This document shows positions 39,531 through 53,987 of a stretch of DNA of 64,000 bases, one piece after another. The notes below the pieces were generated by a model. That model saw only the letters and a program-made list of their open reading frames with translations. It searched no databases and had not been told where the DNA came from. Each line of letters opens with the position of its first letter. Position 1 is the first letter of the stretch. This DNA comes from Bigelowiella natans CCMP2755 (taxonomy: Eukaryota > Protista > Cercozoa): contig ADNK01002106.1 in NCBI GenBank assembly GCA_000320545.1, forward strand, positions 45,169 to 109,168, in the 5' to 3' direction. Made by a program: the position numbers and the translations under genes.

Positions 39531-39857
39531 GTGTGTGAGTGTGTTAAAATCTCATGTGCAGAGAACAGTCGAAAGGAAGTAAAAAACATAGCAAACAACA
39601 CCACGAGTACATTCTCTTCACTCACAGGTCCAGCTCCTTAAGAGACCGCATCTTGCTCAACCGAGAAATCTCCCCGATTGCATTCGTCCTGTACAGAGGG
39701 GGGGGGGGAGCAGGATCGTAAATTATACGGTACGGTGTGAGAAGCGAAATTGACATGGAATGATATATTTTTGTCACCGAAGAGTAAGTTTCTGTAGCTT
39801 TTCGAGACCCGAAATACCCTTTGGGATCATCCTACAACAGAAAACAAACCTCAAATA

Positions 39858-39910
<53 letters not shown>

Positions 39911-39914
39911 AAGA

Positions 39915-39953
<39 letters not shown>

Positions 39954-40976
39954 GACCGGAGCCTTTCGTTGGTTAGATCGATCTCAGGGATGTTTGGAGC
40001 GAATTTGAGATCAGGATCGTCTCTTCATCCGCCCATAAATAAGAAGAAAGCCAGAGAGGGAGGATAGGAGGATAGTGATGAGAATGAGAATGATGATGAT
40101 GATGATGATGATGATGATAATTAAATATGATAGCATTAAGAAGTATCATGACCGCACACTCACAAATACATACATGCATATAGAGGGGGAGGGTGAGAGA
40201 AGAGGAGAGAAGGTTTGGAGTGACCCATTTAGGTTAATTTTTCAGAGCATAAGGAGGAGAGAAGATGGGCATCATCAGGGATTCTTAAATCTCCACTCAC
40301 GTATTCTCTGTCTTTTTGGTCTCGTGCTCGCTGAACAAATTACACATACAGTTTTGTAATTTCTCAGAGAAACATCTCAAAAGAGACACAAGTGTGAAAC
40401 GCTAGATCTTTGCGTTGCCTCACTTGCCATATCTCCATCTCTCCCTGCCTCTCTCTTTCCTTTATGTTTGATATGTGCATACCTGCATGTGCCTCCATGC
40501 CCGTGACCATGGCCGTGTCCGTGGCTGTGACCGTGGTCTTTTCAGTCAAAGTACGAAAAAAAAGTTTATATCTTCAAGTATATGTCAAAAGCAATATGCC
40601 TTGTCAGCAATAGTAATCTTGCATGCCGCAAAGAGCCCTTGCAAGCTCAAAATATGGGTTTGTAATGATCAATTCAGAGGGGGCGAAAGCATCATTCCTT
40701 CATTCTTGAATACTCATGCGCAGATATGCACAGGGCTCGGGAAAAACGCGTAATCGCGAGCATTTGCGCACACATGGCAGGCATCCAATTTCCATCCGAG
40801 TCTGGTACATTTCAATACTGACATCTCTTTTTAATCTAATTGACAAACTGTCGACCTTCAGCGTCAGCATCTGGCTTATTGGTGGCGACTCGCACCGAGC
40901 CGAAGATTTGAATGTCGGGTTTCTTGTTTGCGCTCTCCTTTGCCTCCGTCTCCCCTTTTGGCACCTCGTTTTTCAT
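35690..40976 (-). CDS. SDS22: Protein phosphatase 1 regulatory subunit SDS22/PPP1R7 (leucine-rich repeats), many short exons; 3' end approximate
   Basis: Spliced LRR units: LKELDL|YENKISKIDGLDECPALTSLDLSFNE|IRKIENL..LTHLYLIA|NKITTIEGLDSLKHLEMLELG|SNRLRKI; LSMQSNRV; LQELYLSHNG|IQRMEG; LEELWMNNN; TIYLEQNPL..DPDY..LPTLTQLDA (LRR cap). ATG at 40976. Confidence 0.9.
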
Positions 40977-42027
40977 CGCGTCGTCGCCGTCTTCGTCGTC
41001 GGTCGGTGTATCGTTTGAATTATGCTTTCGCGGGAGCAGCTATAGAAATTCGAATCTGGGCAGGAAGATTGGGAAATAAATTCTACGAAATATTTGGCAC
41101 AATGTGTTGTCCCCAAGTACAAGTACGGCGAACAATGAATCCAGCCAAGCGTATTTCCCGAAAAGCGCTCTCTTCTTTTATCCGTAGAATTTCCAATCGA
41201 ATGATTTTTTTAGAATTTGCTTCCGAAGGACAAAGCTTTCTCCTCTGAGACAAAGCTTTCTCCATGAGAGACAAATCTATCACATGTGAGTCGCATGAGG
41301 AGGACACAAGAGGAATTGTCTGATGCGACATCGCCATCATGCACAATTCAGCTGTGAACATTGAACATTGAACTTTGAACTTTGAACTTTGATGTGACCA
41401 TCGCCCAGCCACTACGTTCTTGTGTGTGCACTTTGGCACTCGCCACACGCCACATTGCAGTCCGCACGCCACGCCCCGCTGGCCCCCGCGCCTACCAACT
41501 GGTTTGCTCACGTGACAACTAGCTAGCTAGCACTCAACTGACACGTTCTCGAGATCACAGAAAAACTGAGCGGAAAGCTTTCACGTTCACTTGCTAGCTT
41601 GGTTGCAAGTTGAGTTGTCAAGACCGGAGGAGAACACAACGTGGTGGCTGAACACGCAACGCTGTCCATCATCACAATTGATCATTGCGCGCGGTTGCAC
41701 TTGCTCTCATCGCACAAGTTTTGAAAGCTCATCAAGGTTTGCACGTGCGCTGGCATGCTCTGGTGCTGACAATTTCGTGTCATTGTGAAGTTTCAGCATG
41801 CACGCGCGCCAAAATTGCTGGAGCATCGCTGAATCGAAAACATCGATTCATCTTGTCATCATGCGGGAGCAGAATTGAAGCTCTGTCCAATGGTTGCAGC
41901 AGTGATGCTGCACACTTGACAACGGAGTCACACAACGCATGCACAAAGACGTGCGCGCACATCTCGGCCGCCTTTGTTCTCTTTGTGCCATCTCTCGTCT
42001 CCACCCTCTCATCCAGGGAAACACACA

Positions 42028-42068
<41 letters not shown>

Positions 42069-42159
42069 TCACTCACACTCACACAACGCATGCACAGGCA
42101 ATGCTGAGCACGCACTTCCACAGTGCGGATGCATGCACACCGCCAATGCAAGCACTCAT

Positions 42160-42190
<31 letters not shown>

Positions 42191-42332
42191 ATGCACAAAT
42201 GATATTGCACAATTGCACACATTGAATCACGCGATGGATTTTGGTTGCAACATTGTTGACATCTGAATTGACACCAGCCTTTGAGCGCACAAACACACAA
42301 CGACCACACGTCTGATGTGCCAAGAGCACTAG

Positions 42333-42371
<39 letters not shown>

Positions 42372-42389
42372 GTATTCTGCGTTTGATGA

Positions 42390-42797
42390 TCATTCTGGTA
42401 ACCCATGCACTTCAAATTCTGCGGTGCCATCGTGCACTGCCTTCGCTATGTCCCACAAACTTGCAACCCTCTCATTGCTTGCTACCCCCTGAAAAGCCTT
42501 CCGTCTCCTCTCTACATCATTCATCACTCCATCAACCGTCACAGAGTCTTTTCCATACATCATACGCACGTTCGGACCCCGTTTACACATGTTCAGACAC
42601 TCGACCTCATGAACCTCAACGCTCCCACCTTGCGTTTTTTCAAGACCCTTGAACGATTTTACGGGGTTAAACGAGCCCCTGCATCGTCCCAAACAACTGC
42701 TTCCACCACAGACCATTACCTTTAGTGGGTGGTTTGTCGTAGCACTGGGTGTCACCAGGGACATCATCGCATGCAAAATCAACGACGAGGTCCACAT
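42390..42797 (-). CDS. Thioredoxin-like [2Fe-2S] ferredoxin-domain protein with N-terminal signal peptide
   Basis: Intronless, 135 aa. VMVCGGSSC (C-x4-C) and ECLNMCKRGPNV (C-x3-C-x2-GP) are the NuoE/Trx-like ferredoxin ligand pattern; N-terminus MWTSSLILHAMMSLVTPSA. Confidence 0.8.
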   Translation of the reverse strand: MWTSSLILHAMMSLVTPSATTNHPLKVMVCGGSSCLGRCRGSFNPVKSFKGLEKTQGGSVEVHEVECLNMCKRGPNVRMMYGKDSVTVDGVMNDVERRRKAFQGVASNERVASLWDIAKAVHDGTAEFEVHGLPE

Positions 42798-43512
42798 GTC
42801 TGTGGTGGTGGTGCAGGGCCCCAGCTAGTGAGCCGAGAAGTTAAACATGGATAAAAGCGGCTATAGGGTTCCTACAAAAATACCGGGATTCGAAGTGGTT
42901 CGTATCGTCCCGATAAATGCGGGAAGCCGTATGCCAGAATTCCATCGAGCAAGGGCGAGAGTGACTCTGTAGAATTGGAAGGGAACATTCGAGTACGTCA
43001 TGGAAAACTGTGCCAAAGTAGAAAAAATCACCGATGAAATCATGCACGAGTGAAACCAATCTGGATCTACTCAAAAAAACAATGGCTGCTCGTCGTTCTT
43101 CCCGAGGCCTGTTCTATTGGACGCCGAACGACCCCGCAACGAGGAGGCGGAAAAAGACTCTCCCCCCTTGGGATGTAAAATAAAATTATCTTATTCTCTC
43201 TCTGTAAAACTTGATGAAGTTTTTCCCTGCTCAGGGCACCATCCATGATCTTTCGAAGTACCGACTCTCCCAAAAAGAACTGGTGAGGGAATAGCCAACC
43301 TGCGCGGCATGCATGCGATTGTGATCAATTGCAACTTAATGTAGCACGCTTATTTTCCGATTCGTGATTTTTATTCCCCTAACCCTAAGAAATTGAAGCG
43401 TCAGTCCCGGAAGTCCAAACACACCAGCAGCGGTGGGTTGCGTGATAATGAAGAAGCTAAAAGTACGAAGGCATGCAACGTGGCAACCATTGATCGGGAT
43501 AATGTTAAGAAG

Positions 43513-43622
43513 ATGGATGTGCTCGAGGGAAATAACGGCTCTGTTTTGGTAGTAAACATTTCTCCAACCCTCCCTTTAATTTTGAGATATGCAATGTGTA
43601 GGTATAAACACATGCAAATAAA

Positions 43623-43678
<56 letters not shown>

Positions 43679-45896
43679 TAGGGCGACAGAAATACAGCTT
43701 TAGAGGGCAAGGTTGCACAAGTTGCTCCTACCACCTATACATCGGGAAAGGAAAATCAAACAAGAGCTAACAGGAGTGGGGACGAGAGCAAAGGGACATC
43801 TGATGGCAATGACGATGAAATTTTACCTGACAGCGGTGGAGACGAACACAAGGAGCATGGGGCCCAAATAGACCCCAAGGATACATTCAAGCGCTGGGTT
43901 GAAGGTGAGTCACGTCATCTGTTTATTTTACCGTCATTACATTCGGATTTCCATTTAGAGAGAGCCAAAAAAACCAAATGCAAGATTATTTTACAGAAGA
44001 ATCAAAAATTGAATGCACGACTGTAAAGAAATTTATTGACAATTCATGGCTTTTTTCATACAGACCGCCAAAGGCGTCGAGAAAGTACCTTGATCAAAGC
44101 GCATCCAATCGTGACTCGGAATCCGCATCTTACCGGTTCCCTCACTGACTCTCTCCCTTCTGCGATCATCCACCAGCACGGATCTCCTCTCGAAGTACGG
44201 CCTTCCCCAGCACCTTTCCAGGCCGATCGCGTGAATGGTATAATAGCTGAGAATAGTGGCAGCAGTCCAGGCGGTAGTGCTAGTGAAGAAAATGGCGACC
44301 TGAAAGGCGCTATCGCTCGTCTGGCCTCCCATCCGATTGAGAAGAGTCAGGGAGTATCCGCTCCTACGGTTTCCAAGGGAACCGAAGGTAACGACTACAA
44401 AGGAGAGGAGGGAAACTACAAAGGCTCAGACGCAGTCCTAACCGAAATGCCACCAGAGGATATCGCACATCGGCTGGAGATAGCGGGGAGAATGACGGCA
44501 TTAGGCAGAAGAAGGGGCTCGGATGTGCCAGGGATGGAAATGGTAGAAGAAGAGGCTCCGGAGGTTACAGAGACGATGCAAGCACTATCCCGACTAGAGC
44601 AGGTCCTTGGTCGACGTCCGCCGCAGGTTCTGAGCAACATTGATTTCTATCCCGTGGCCGCCTCACACATATGTGTTTTTATGCGTTCATGATTTCTTCA
44701 AGCGCCATGTTTGATTTACTCGCACTATATAACGATAGGGATGTCGCCATCAGAGCACATCACTCGTAGGCGTTCTTGACGCAGTCACTCTTCACATCTC
44801 AGAGGTTGGTGGTTTAGGAGATACAGTTATGTATCTATGAATGTTGGCACAGACTACCACGTATCTCTCTCTCTCCCTCTCTGTCTCTCTCTTTTCCTCT
44901 ATTTTCTTCCCACATAATGTCTGTTACGCTTCATTGCAAATATATTCATCATCTTCTTTGTCCATATATACCACGATGCTCGCCCCCCCATAACTATATC
45001 GTGATCCTGTATCACTGTTACAGATGGGCAGGAAGATGGCGGAGGAGGACGACTTCCGGAACGTTGTCATGAAACTACTCGACACTTCCAATCAGCAACT
45101 ACAAATCATCAACAAAGTAAGTTTAAATTAGAGCGGATACCATGACATTTGATCCCTTCGCTCCTCGGAGGTTGGCGTCGTCCATCTCTTTAGAATCCCG
45201 AAAACAGCGTGGATTGAGGGGAGAGATTGCTCCTTTTTGAAATAGAAAGTTGTACGTCCTGTTTGTGCTTGCGTTGTATCGGATTAAAAGAAGTTCCACC
45301 GCCGAGTCCCTTCATCCCCGGCCCTCTCACACGCACACGCACACGCACACGCACACGCACACGCACACGCACACGCACACGCACAAAATGATATTCCTCC
45401 TTCGTACGCCAGCAAATGAAGTGTGTGGAGAACGAGAACCTGGAGCTGAGATCTCAGGTTATTCATGCATACAACACACGCACAGCAGCCCAAAGCATTT
45501 CAATTCCCTCACTAACGAGCACCGGAAAAGAAGATAATCTTCCTAGATCGACTTTAGAGCGGTCACATGCCAATGCCCATTGATCTTGTACGTGTGATAG
45601 GGGGAGATTAACCTCGAGAGACTCTTAACAATACTGCTTGGAAATTATGGTGTGATTCAAGGTCGAGGCCCTCCGCGACAGGCAAGAGGAGTTAACAGAA
45701 CAACTACGTACGCTAAGGCAGCAGCAGCAAAGACCAAAGGGAGAAAGCGGGAGGGAAGGAGGAGGAGGGAGGGACTATCGCTCCGAGAATAAGGTGCTAA
45801 GAAACTCACATCGTGGAGATATTTTATGTTCGCATACAACACACACACATCCTTACCAAACATACCAAATATACCTAGCTTATACTGATTCGAATA

Positions 45897-45942
<46 letters not shown>

Positions 45943-46483
45943 CGAGGCGGACACTTCATTAAGATCATATATACATTGCACACTACTCGCTGTTTTCTGG
46001 CAGAGCGCTGTGATGGACATCCATGCCGCGACCCACTCCACCGCCCCACCCAAGGCCCTTCCACCCCCCACCCCCCACCAGAAACAACATTATCATTATT
46101 ATAATCGTCGTCATCACCAGCAGCAACAGCCACTGGTCCAAGGCTCACCACCCCTCACAGGAGGCAGCGGGCAGGTAGGAGCAGGAGACCGACGACAGTA
46201 CAATCTCTCGACGAAATTTGGTGAATCACTTGCATTAGCTGTTGGCGGAGACGGGGGAGAGAGAAACCGACGCCCGTTTTCGGCTTTCCCTTTGAATCAT
46301 GGGGTCAGGACCGCGGGCCAAGCACTCATGGCGAAGAACGGCATAAAAGGTTACATTAGTCGAAATCAACAAAGTGAGCAATTGACGCCTGAGGCAGCGC
46401 CTTCAAGAACGACTAGCCGCACTGCCATCACCGGGAGTAGCAGACGCCGCCTCGCGTGGCTACCTCCACCAGAGAACAGCTAA
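43513..46483 (+). CDS. Multi-exon hypothetical protein, hydrophilic/low complexity (structure approximate)
   Basis: Long stop-free coding-like blocks (about 44063-44627 and 46003-46483) and short blocks bounded by AG/GT (for example 45024-45116 MGRKMAEEDDFRNVVMKLLDTSNQQLQIINK). No family motif recognised. Confidence 0.5.
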
Positions 46484-47571
46484 GAAAAGAGATGGCTTAA
46501 TTGTAGAATGACGACAGAATGGTGCACGCGCATACAGATATGTGTGGATGCATAAGCTACCTTGTGTTTTTCGCATGATTAGTCGTCATGCGGATATTTT
46601 GACCATTTGTAGCTCTGCTACGTCACAGTTTGATTGAATGATAGAATAGCTTGGAAATGGGCAAGCACTTACATCACTTACAGTCGTCGTGAGTTTGTGT
46701 GTAGTTCCAATGATTAAAATTGCATGTGAAAAATGCAACTACATGTTAAAAAAAATATTAATTCGTCGTTGTCGCGGTTGTTGAAACCCAACAGATGTTG
46801 GAATCCTGACATGACGTTTGCACACACGTGAGGTTGCAACATTGTCAGTCCACGGGACTTGGCACTGATTGCGCAATGGCACACCACTGACCAATGCAGC
46901 TATCGTAGTGCGGCGAGGGGTTCACTACACTGACAAGCACGCAACAATGGGCATGATGCTTTGGCATGCAGTGTGTGGGCAACGCTGTGTTTTTTCCTTC
47001 GCCCGAATCACCAATCTAGCAATGCTGGAATGCTAGAATGTGGGCAATGCGTCGCTCATGCACGCGCCACACGCTCCAGCTGCTCTGGTGTTGTTGTGCT
47101 TGCAGCCATCACATCGCAATGTTAGCTAGCTAGCTAGCTAGGAACTTGGAAACGACCTCGATGCCGTTTGCTAGTATGGGGATCGAGAGCAGCCTCCACG
47201 TGCACACATTGCCGTGATGGCGTGCGTGGGTCTGCAGCTGTCGTCACGGGCTGAGCGCAGGGTGCAGATGAGTTGCACGTCCCCCATGATCCTTTTATCA
47301 ACCTCTCCATTGGAGTCACTTGGTTCAAGTTGACGCCAGAGGGATTGGCAGCAATGTTCGTTTGGGGTCATTTGTCATGCCATGTGCAAGCCCTCATCTA
47401 GCCTTGCACCCCCCCCCCCCCCCCCCCTCTCTCTCTTCCTCACCTCTGGACTTCCTCATTGTGCACGCGATGACATGGTCATGCAAACATCGTCCACCAG
47501 TCGATCATGCTGGCATGTGCACGTCTGCATGATGATGGCATGGCCAAGCGCTGTGCACGCTTGTGCGTGCG

Positions 47572-47608
<37 letters not shown>

Positions 47609-47880
47609 GTGCAAATCGTCAGAATCGAATAGCAAGAAGTTGTTTTCCCTGCATCTGCTGCAGTCATCAAACCGTTGAACCTAGCTTGCAACTGTGCTTG
47701 GTGTGACTTGTGCAGGTGCGCGCTGGTGTCAACCCTTCGTGAGTGCACATGCATTTTTTCTAGTTTTGTGTGCTCATCGCCAAAGCTGCGATGTGTGATT
47801 TTGGTTGTCCTCATGACATGTCGTGCAGTCGTACGATGAGGCTAAGATCATAACCTCAGTGCATTTACGATTCTAAGACA

Positions 47881-48950
47881 TCACACTTTGAAACTGCCTA
47901 AATCTGTAGTTGGATTGGACTGTTCTTTCCGTTCGCTAATGCTTCTCTCTCTTGACTTCGATGAAGAACGATCACTTCTGCGAACCTTTGCCGATGAGAG
48001 GGGGTCTAAATTTGCACCGTCTGGCTGCTGAACGCCCATGTTCTTTTTCCTTTGTACACCTTCCGCCCCAGCAAAAGGCGATATTGTGGATGCAAAATGA
48101 TCGGCCGCGAGACGTATCGACTTAACCTCAGCTACCCTTCTGCTCGATTGAATTTTACTATCAAGCGTGCTTGATTCTGGAGCATAAACAGTGTATCGTC
48201 TCTCTATATCTGTCGTGACCAGTCCATCGACTCGTCCAAGACGCACAGATTCGCGGCGGGATCTGAACGCACGGTTGATTCGAGAGAAAATATTGATCCC
48301 CGCCGCCGATGTGCTCCCATGACTACTGTTGATATTCGAAGCCGCCCTTCTCTGGCTAGGCCTACGGTGATGACCTTTCTTGGTTTGTTGGTTAGAGGAG
48401 CGGATCGAGTACAGCATTGATTGGATAATAGTGCAGGAAACCAGCTGCTTCAACAGCATTAAGATAAAGTACGAATCGTCATCGAGATTCATCAAGAGCG
48501 CGGTCATGATCGAAATTATGCTGATGACCGTGAAGATCACGCTGAAGACGCCAATGAAAGTGGCTAGTTGTTCGAGCTCCGCCAGCTTCGGGCGAATGGA
48601 CTGCATCGATTCGGATTGCACGGTGGCTCTGAACCACAAGTAACCGCACGCAAGAAATAGCCCAAACCCAATGAAGTAAACTTGGCAGATGATCAGCACG
48701 GGAGATTCGACGCCCTCTGCGCGCATTAAGTCTGCTGTGATCTGCGTTGTAAATTCGAGGAATGCGAACACGAAGAACCCCCATCGTGTGCGAGGCAGAA
48801 ATTCCTTGATCTTCTTGGCGGCACTGAGCTTTTTCGCTGACTCGATGATGCTCAACATCACCTCAATGATATTAAGCAGCATTATCTGGTAGCGGATGAA
48901 CAGCAAAACAGAAGAAACGAGTATGATATGAAATTGTGAGAAGCTAAAAG

Positions 48951-48988
<38 letters not shown>

Positions 48989-49453
48989 GCAGGTATGGAG
49001 GAAAAAGGAGTGGGTCCCGCTTTTCTCCCACCACTTGATAGCATTCGTTAGTTTACTACCGCTAGGCATAGATTGATGCTCGGATACATCAGGCCGTAGA
49101 GCACGCCAACGAGATGCTGTGGCAGGACCCGTCGCGTGTAGAACGGATCAATGAAATAGAAGAGAACCCGGCTGAGAGTAGCAACTGTCACAAAAGCTCC
49201 AACTATCAGCCTCCAGCGAATCTTACGTCCACGCACCATGTAGTATATGGCGGTAGCGGCTTGCAACAACATCACGATGCCGAAAAGATATGCAAAGATC
49301 TGCCATCGCAGAGAGTCGAGAGGGGGTACGGTCCGGAAGAGAAACATGAAGTTCTCGCTTGTCGTCGCACAAGAGCCACTGAAAAGGGTCTTTCCGCTTG
49401 CAGCCATGCTAGTCGTTAATGCCGTCGTATTGTATCTGATCAATACACATGTA

Positions 49454-49488
<35 letters not shown>

Positions 49489-50173
49489 CATACATGCATC
49501 ATTTCCAAATATTTGTAGAAAAAGAATATGTGCATTTTAAATTTAGCATTTTGTCAACCATCATTATCATCATTATCATCATCACGATGCTCAAATGTTC
49601 ATTTTCTCAAAATAACTCACAGATATCTGTTCTCGGTCCCCCCTGCCGGGCACTTTTGGCCAGTCATTTGCAGGGTGAGCGCACCCTTCTTCCCTTTGAA
49701 GCATCGGGGCACGAAGGGCGGCGTTGGTGTCCAGAAATACCGGTAACCGTCCGGCGTCTGCTTCCCATTGCACAAATCGAGGCTACTCCCTGTAAGTAAT
49801 ACGGTTGGAAGTAAGTCGGGAACAAGACCGCCTCAGGGTTGAAAAAGGGGGTGGAAAATGAAAGGAGAAAGAGAAAAAGGAATGTATTATATTACGACGC
49901 TGTCATTATCAACCACTACCTGGAGTATCAGAGCCGAGCACTAGGGTTCCGTTTGAATCGTAAGGACCCATGATAGGGAAGCCATCGAGTGCGTATCCGA
50001 CAATTGGCGATGGGTCAGCTGTTGCATTCCAATAGGTAGCGTATCGATTTGGCTGCTCATCGAGCCAGTAGCTTGTGTTCGCAGGGGTAGGGATGCCTGA
50101 ATATGAATTCATACACTATCCTCATGCCACCATACAAATAATAATAAATAATAATAATAATTAGCGTTGTGTT

Positions 50174-50218
<45 letters not shown>

Positions 50219-50656
50219 AACCTAGCTGAGAGAAGAGGCACACAGGTGGGAGATGGTAGTGGTAGGCGTGCTGTGCATCGACGTGGCCCATGCACGAGTC
50301 GAAGACCTTCGTCATCACCTGTGCGGTCTCGATCATGATGCCGCTGACACTCACCTGATGAATTTGACACTGATGGTGATGATGGTTGTGACCGTGATGA
50401 CAACGGCAGTGCTGCGTGTGAGGATGGATGATGAAGACGTTAATGTCGCGATATTCTACGCGATTTCTTAGTTAGCACTTACCCCCACGGGCTGGTGTCC
50501 ATTGAGAAGCACGATGCTTGAAGTAGAGTCGTCAATCGCTGGTATTGCTGGGATTTTTGCATACAAGCTATGGTAGCTCGGATCGTAGGTTCCCAGAGAG
50601 CAGCACCCTAGATATGAAACGATACACGTCGTCGACGTATCAGTAACGCGTGCAGC

Positions 50657-50697
<41 letters not shown>

Positions 50698-52125
50698 ACA
50701 CACTCACACTTGCCACAAGCACAGACACAGACAAACAAACTAGCACATGCATACATTCAAATATATGCATATATACTATGTACGCGTGTGGGTATGCCTC
50801 CAAGTGCCTCCTAAATTATTCAGTAACTAAAGCATCTATCTATCTCCGCATGAATAACAGTTACCCCCTGAAGATGAGCATCCGCTACAACAGGAACTAG
50901 AGCAACATCCTGAAGATGAGCATCCGCTACAGCAGGAACTAGAGCAACATCCTGAAGATGAGCATCCCGATGAGGAGGAACAGCATCCGCCAGAGGTTGA
51001 GCTATTGGTCGAGGAACAGGAGCCACCGGAAGAGCAGCAACTGCTGGAGCTCCAACTACTCGAGCATCCTGATGATGAGGATGAACACCCTCCCGAAGAG
51101 GAAGATGAGCAGCACCCACTGCTGCAACAGCCACTACAACATCCGCAACTATTTCCCGTTTTCAGATGACACTTCAGGGAGCCCCAACAGGATTGAGAAG
51201 GAGCGGATATGTTTGCAACTCCATAGCCTCCGAACGTGTGATGGGGGGGAAGGCCAGAAACAAAAGACGTTGCGGAGCTTGCGCTGGAGTTGCCGGAGAA
51301 AGTAACATCAATAACAACGACGGTCTTCTGGCTCCCAGAAGCTGCCGAGAACGATACGACGCTTATGGCGTCCATGGATGTGTCTGTTTTCATGATTAGT
51401 ATATATGTATTACATGCGTGAAGAACATCGCACATACTCCCATGCACGCATGCACAAACACACAATACACACATGCACCCATGCGTTCATTATCATTATA
51501 CTTATCTCTCCCTTTACTTACTTGCCAAGATAGAGATATGGTTGGTGATATTTAGCTTTAACTCTTGTTGATGACCCACACTCTGAGTCGCGACTGAGTA
51601 GTTAAGGGTCACGAAGAGGAGGGAGAGCTCCACGATCGATGTCTTGATGATCATCGCCGTAGGAGCACGTACAACACCAGCGTTGTTGACGTGATCCGGG
51701 CAGTTGTTCATCACGATGTTGAGGGATGAATCGGAGATGAAAGTATTTGCGTTGCTGTACATGCAATAGTTGTTTGCGGAAGTCGGCACCGTTCCATTCT
51801 TGCAGATCACAGTCCAAGAGGTGCCGGTCCCTAAAGGACAGTCCTGCGAGAAACACGTGATTTCAATGTCTTTTATAGCTTGGTAATCATACTGGGTTGT
51901 TACAACCTGAGGAGCAGTATTCGACCCTCCTCCCCCTCCTCCACAACCACAGCCCAAGCAAGTTTCAAGAAGAGCAAACAAAATGCATATCCTGCCAAGA
52001 AGAATACATTGTTAATAAAATTAGGTAATGCAGATTTCCTGGCTGCAGTTCACTGCTCCCATACAATTAGTCCTCCCGTTCTCTCTAATATTAAATTACC
52101 AGCCTGCACAGCTTACTGCTTCCAT
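47881..52125 (-). CDS. Signal peptide + YHYH-like + Cys-rich + 7TM protein (copy B, long C-tail)
   Basis: Mirror image of 30134-34116; starts MEAVSCAGW at 52125; the last exon reads through to ...TTDLGSFKV* at 47881. Confidence 0.82.
48210..52114 (-). repeat. Right arm of the 3.9-kb inverted duplication
   Basis: Reverse complement of 30145-34045. Confidence 0.97.
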
Positions 52126-52866
52126 AGCGATTATTTTATGGTGAGTCACACACACTACAATCCACAGGAGTTACTGTACGTGTAGCGGTAGCAATCAGCG
52201 GGAGTTACGAGGAGTATTGACAGATGATTCGATTGATAGGCGGTAGTCTCTTGTCGTAGGAAGTATTTGTAGTCTTGAGGCATTTTTTGTTCTGTATTTT
52301 TCCGTTTTGTTCCCTTTTTTCTGGTGGATAAGTGATGAGCCTAGTCTCAGGGTGTGCTTTCGGTGCCCTTTTCTGATACAGTCAATGGCTCCGGTATTTT
52401 GCAACTTCAAGGCGGCCTACGAGCGAATATCTCACGAGAGATTTTCCATCCGGGAAAGCAATTTTAGGATGTCGCGGTACAAAATGCTCCGAGCAGTCAC
52501 GACGTCCGAGTTAACACGCCATCGCACAAATCCCACAAGCGTTCGATGTTCTTCGACATTTTTCCTCGGTTGAAAGGGCGCATGTTTTTCTTCACTGCGA
52601 CATGAGATTTTCACCTGCTCAGGGAATAATCGCATGTCGCTTTTTTGGGAAAAGATCTCTTTCAACAGAAACGTGACCACCCCTACTTGAAAACCCAAAG
52701 AGTCCATGGGGAGTGCCGTACCGGCACCCTGTGTAAGTACAAACTAATTTCGAGAGGGCAGGGTTTGTAATCATATAATCTAGGGGTTTGCGCGTCCACT
52801 GACTCTGGTGCAATGATTTCACTCAGAAACCGAGGTGGGCGAAGAAAACCACTCCTGCTCCGCAAG

Positions 52867-53924
52867 ATGATGTCAACATCGCAGATCCACCGGCGTCGTT
52901 CGTCCCTCCAAAGCTCCAGCACAGGTCGCCCTCATTCCGTGTCTTTAACACACGTCCTTTGAGCTCAGACAGCTTCATGGAAGACTCAGATATCGAAGTA
53001 AACATAGTAAAAAATGTCTCCGGCAAGCCGCTGTCATGGCCGAAGGAAGAAACTTCCCCTTGGGTCGGCCTTAAACACACTAGCATATCAGGCACTGCCT
53101 ACTTTGTGAACCAAGGTATCCGCGAATTTAAATCCGGTCACACGCGCCTCTCGCTCCGGTTAGGTGGCTGGGAGACGTTCCAGCTCATCACCGAAGATAC
53201 TCGGAAGAAGAAACCATCACCCTCCACTTCATCGCCATCCGAGCTTCAAGGTTCCGAAGCAGCATCAACGTCGTTCTCGTTAAAGGCGTTTTCAAATGAC
53301 AAATATCTTATGTGGAAGGGGGAAGGTGCTGGGTTTTGCATTGATGAGCTCCCAACAGAGGGAGGGTGGTTTTCCTGGGGATCCAAGCCAAAAAATCAGC
53401 ACTTGTTCTCATTCACCTTTATAGAAGGAGAAGAAGAGAAAGAAGAACAAGAAGGGAAGGAGCAAGACTCAGGAAGCGGAAGAGGAGAGGAAGAGGATGA
53501 AACAGAAGACAAAGTGGCTGCGTCTACGATGCCAGCGTCGTCTCAGCTTAGAGAGGCAGTCGCAACGGGGAGGAAAGTCAGGATAAAGACCTTCGATGGG
53601 TACTATATGCGGATTTATTTCCCTCTAAAGAAACCAGGAGAAGCCAAGATTCAGGGTGCGTATCTCACAGCATGCAAAGAAGAGGAGGACGCAGATAGCT
53701 TTCAGCTGGTCTTGGCCGAGGACCCCACGATCACGGTGCCGGAGCCAAAGGTGGCGATGAGGGTGTGTTTGGGGGGGAGGGCTTAGATATCTGTAATTCG
53801 AGTACTTCTCGAAAAACAAAGATTCATCAGATGAAAAAGAGTAGCGATGAGTAGTCTATAGCGAAAGTGGAGTTGAATGCATGTGTTATAACAGGAAAAA
53901 CGATTAGCAATAAACATCTCTCTC

Positions 53925-53987
<63 letters not shown>

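Noticed and set aside
41355-41395. (TTGAACT)n short tandem upstream of SDS22
   Set aside because: Real but unremarkable in a repeat-rich genome; no evidence of function.
30145-52114. Inverted arms as terminal inverted repeats of a large DNA transposon (Polinton-like)
   Set aside because: The arms are a spliced cellular gene and the interior holds SDS22 and other host genes; no integrase, polymerase, capsid gene or target-site duplication seen.
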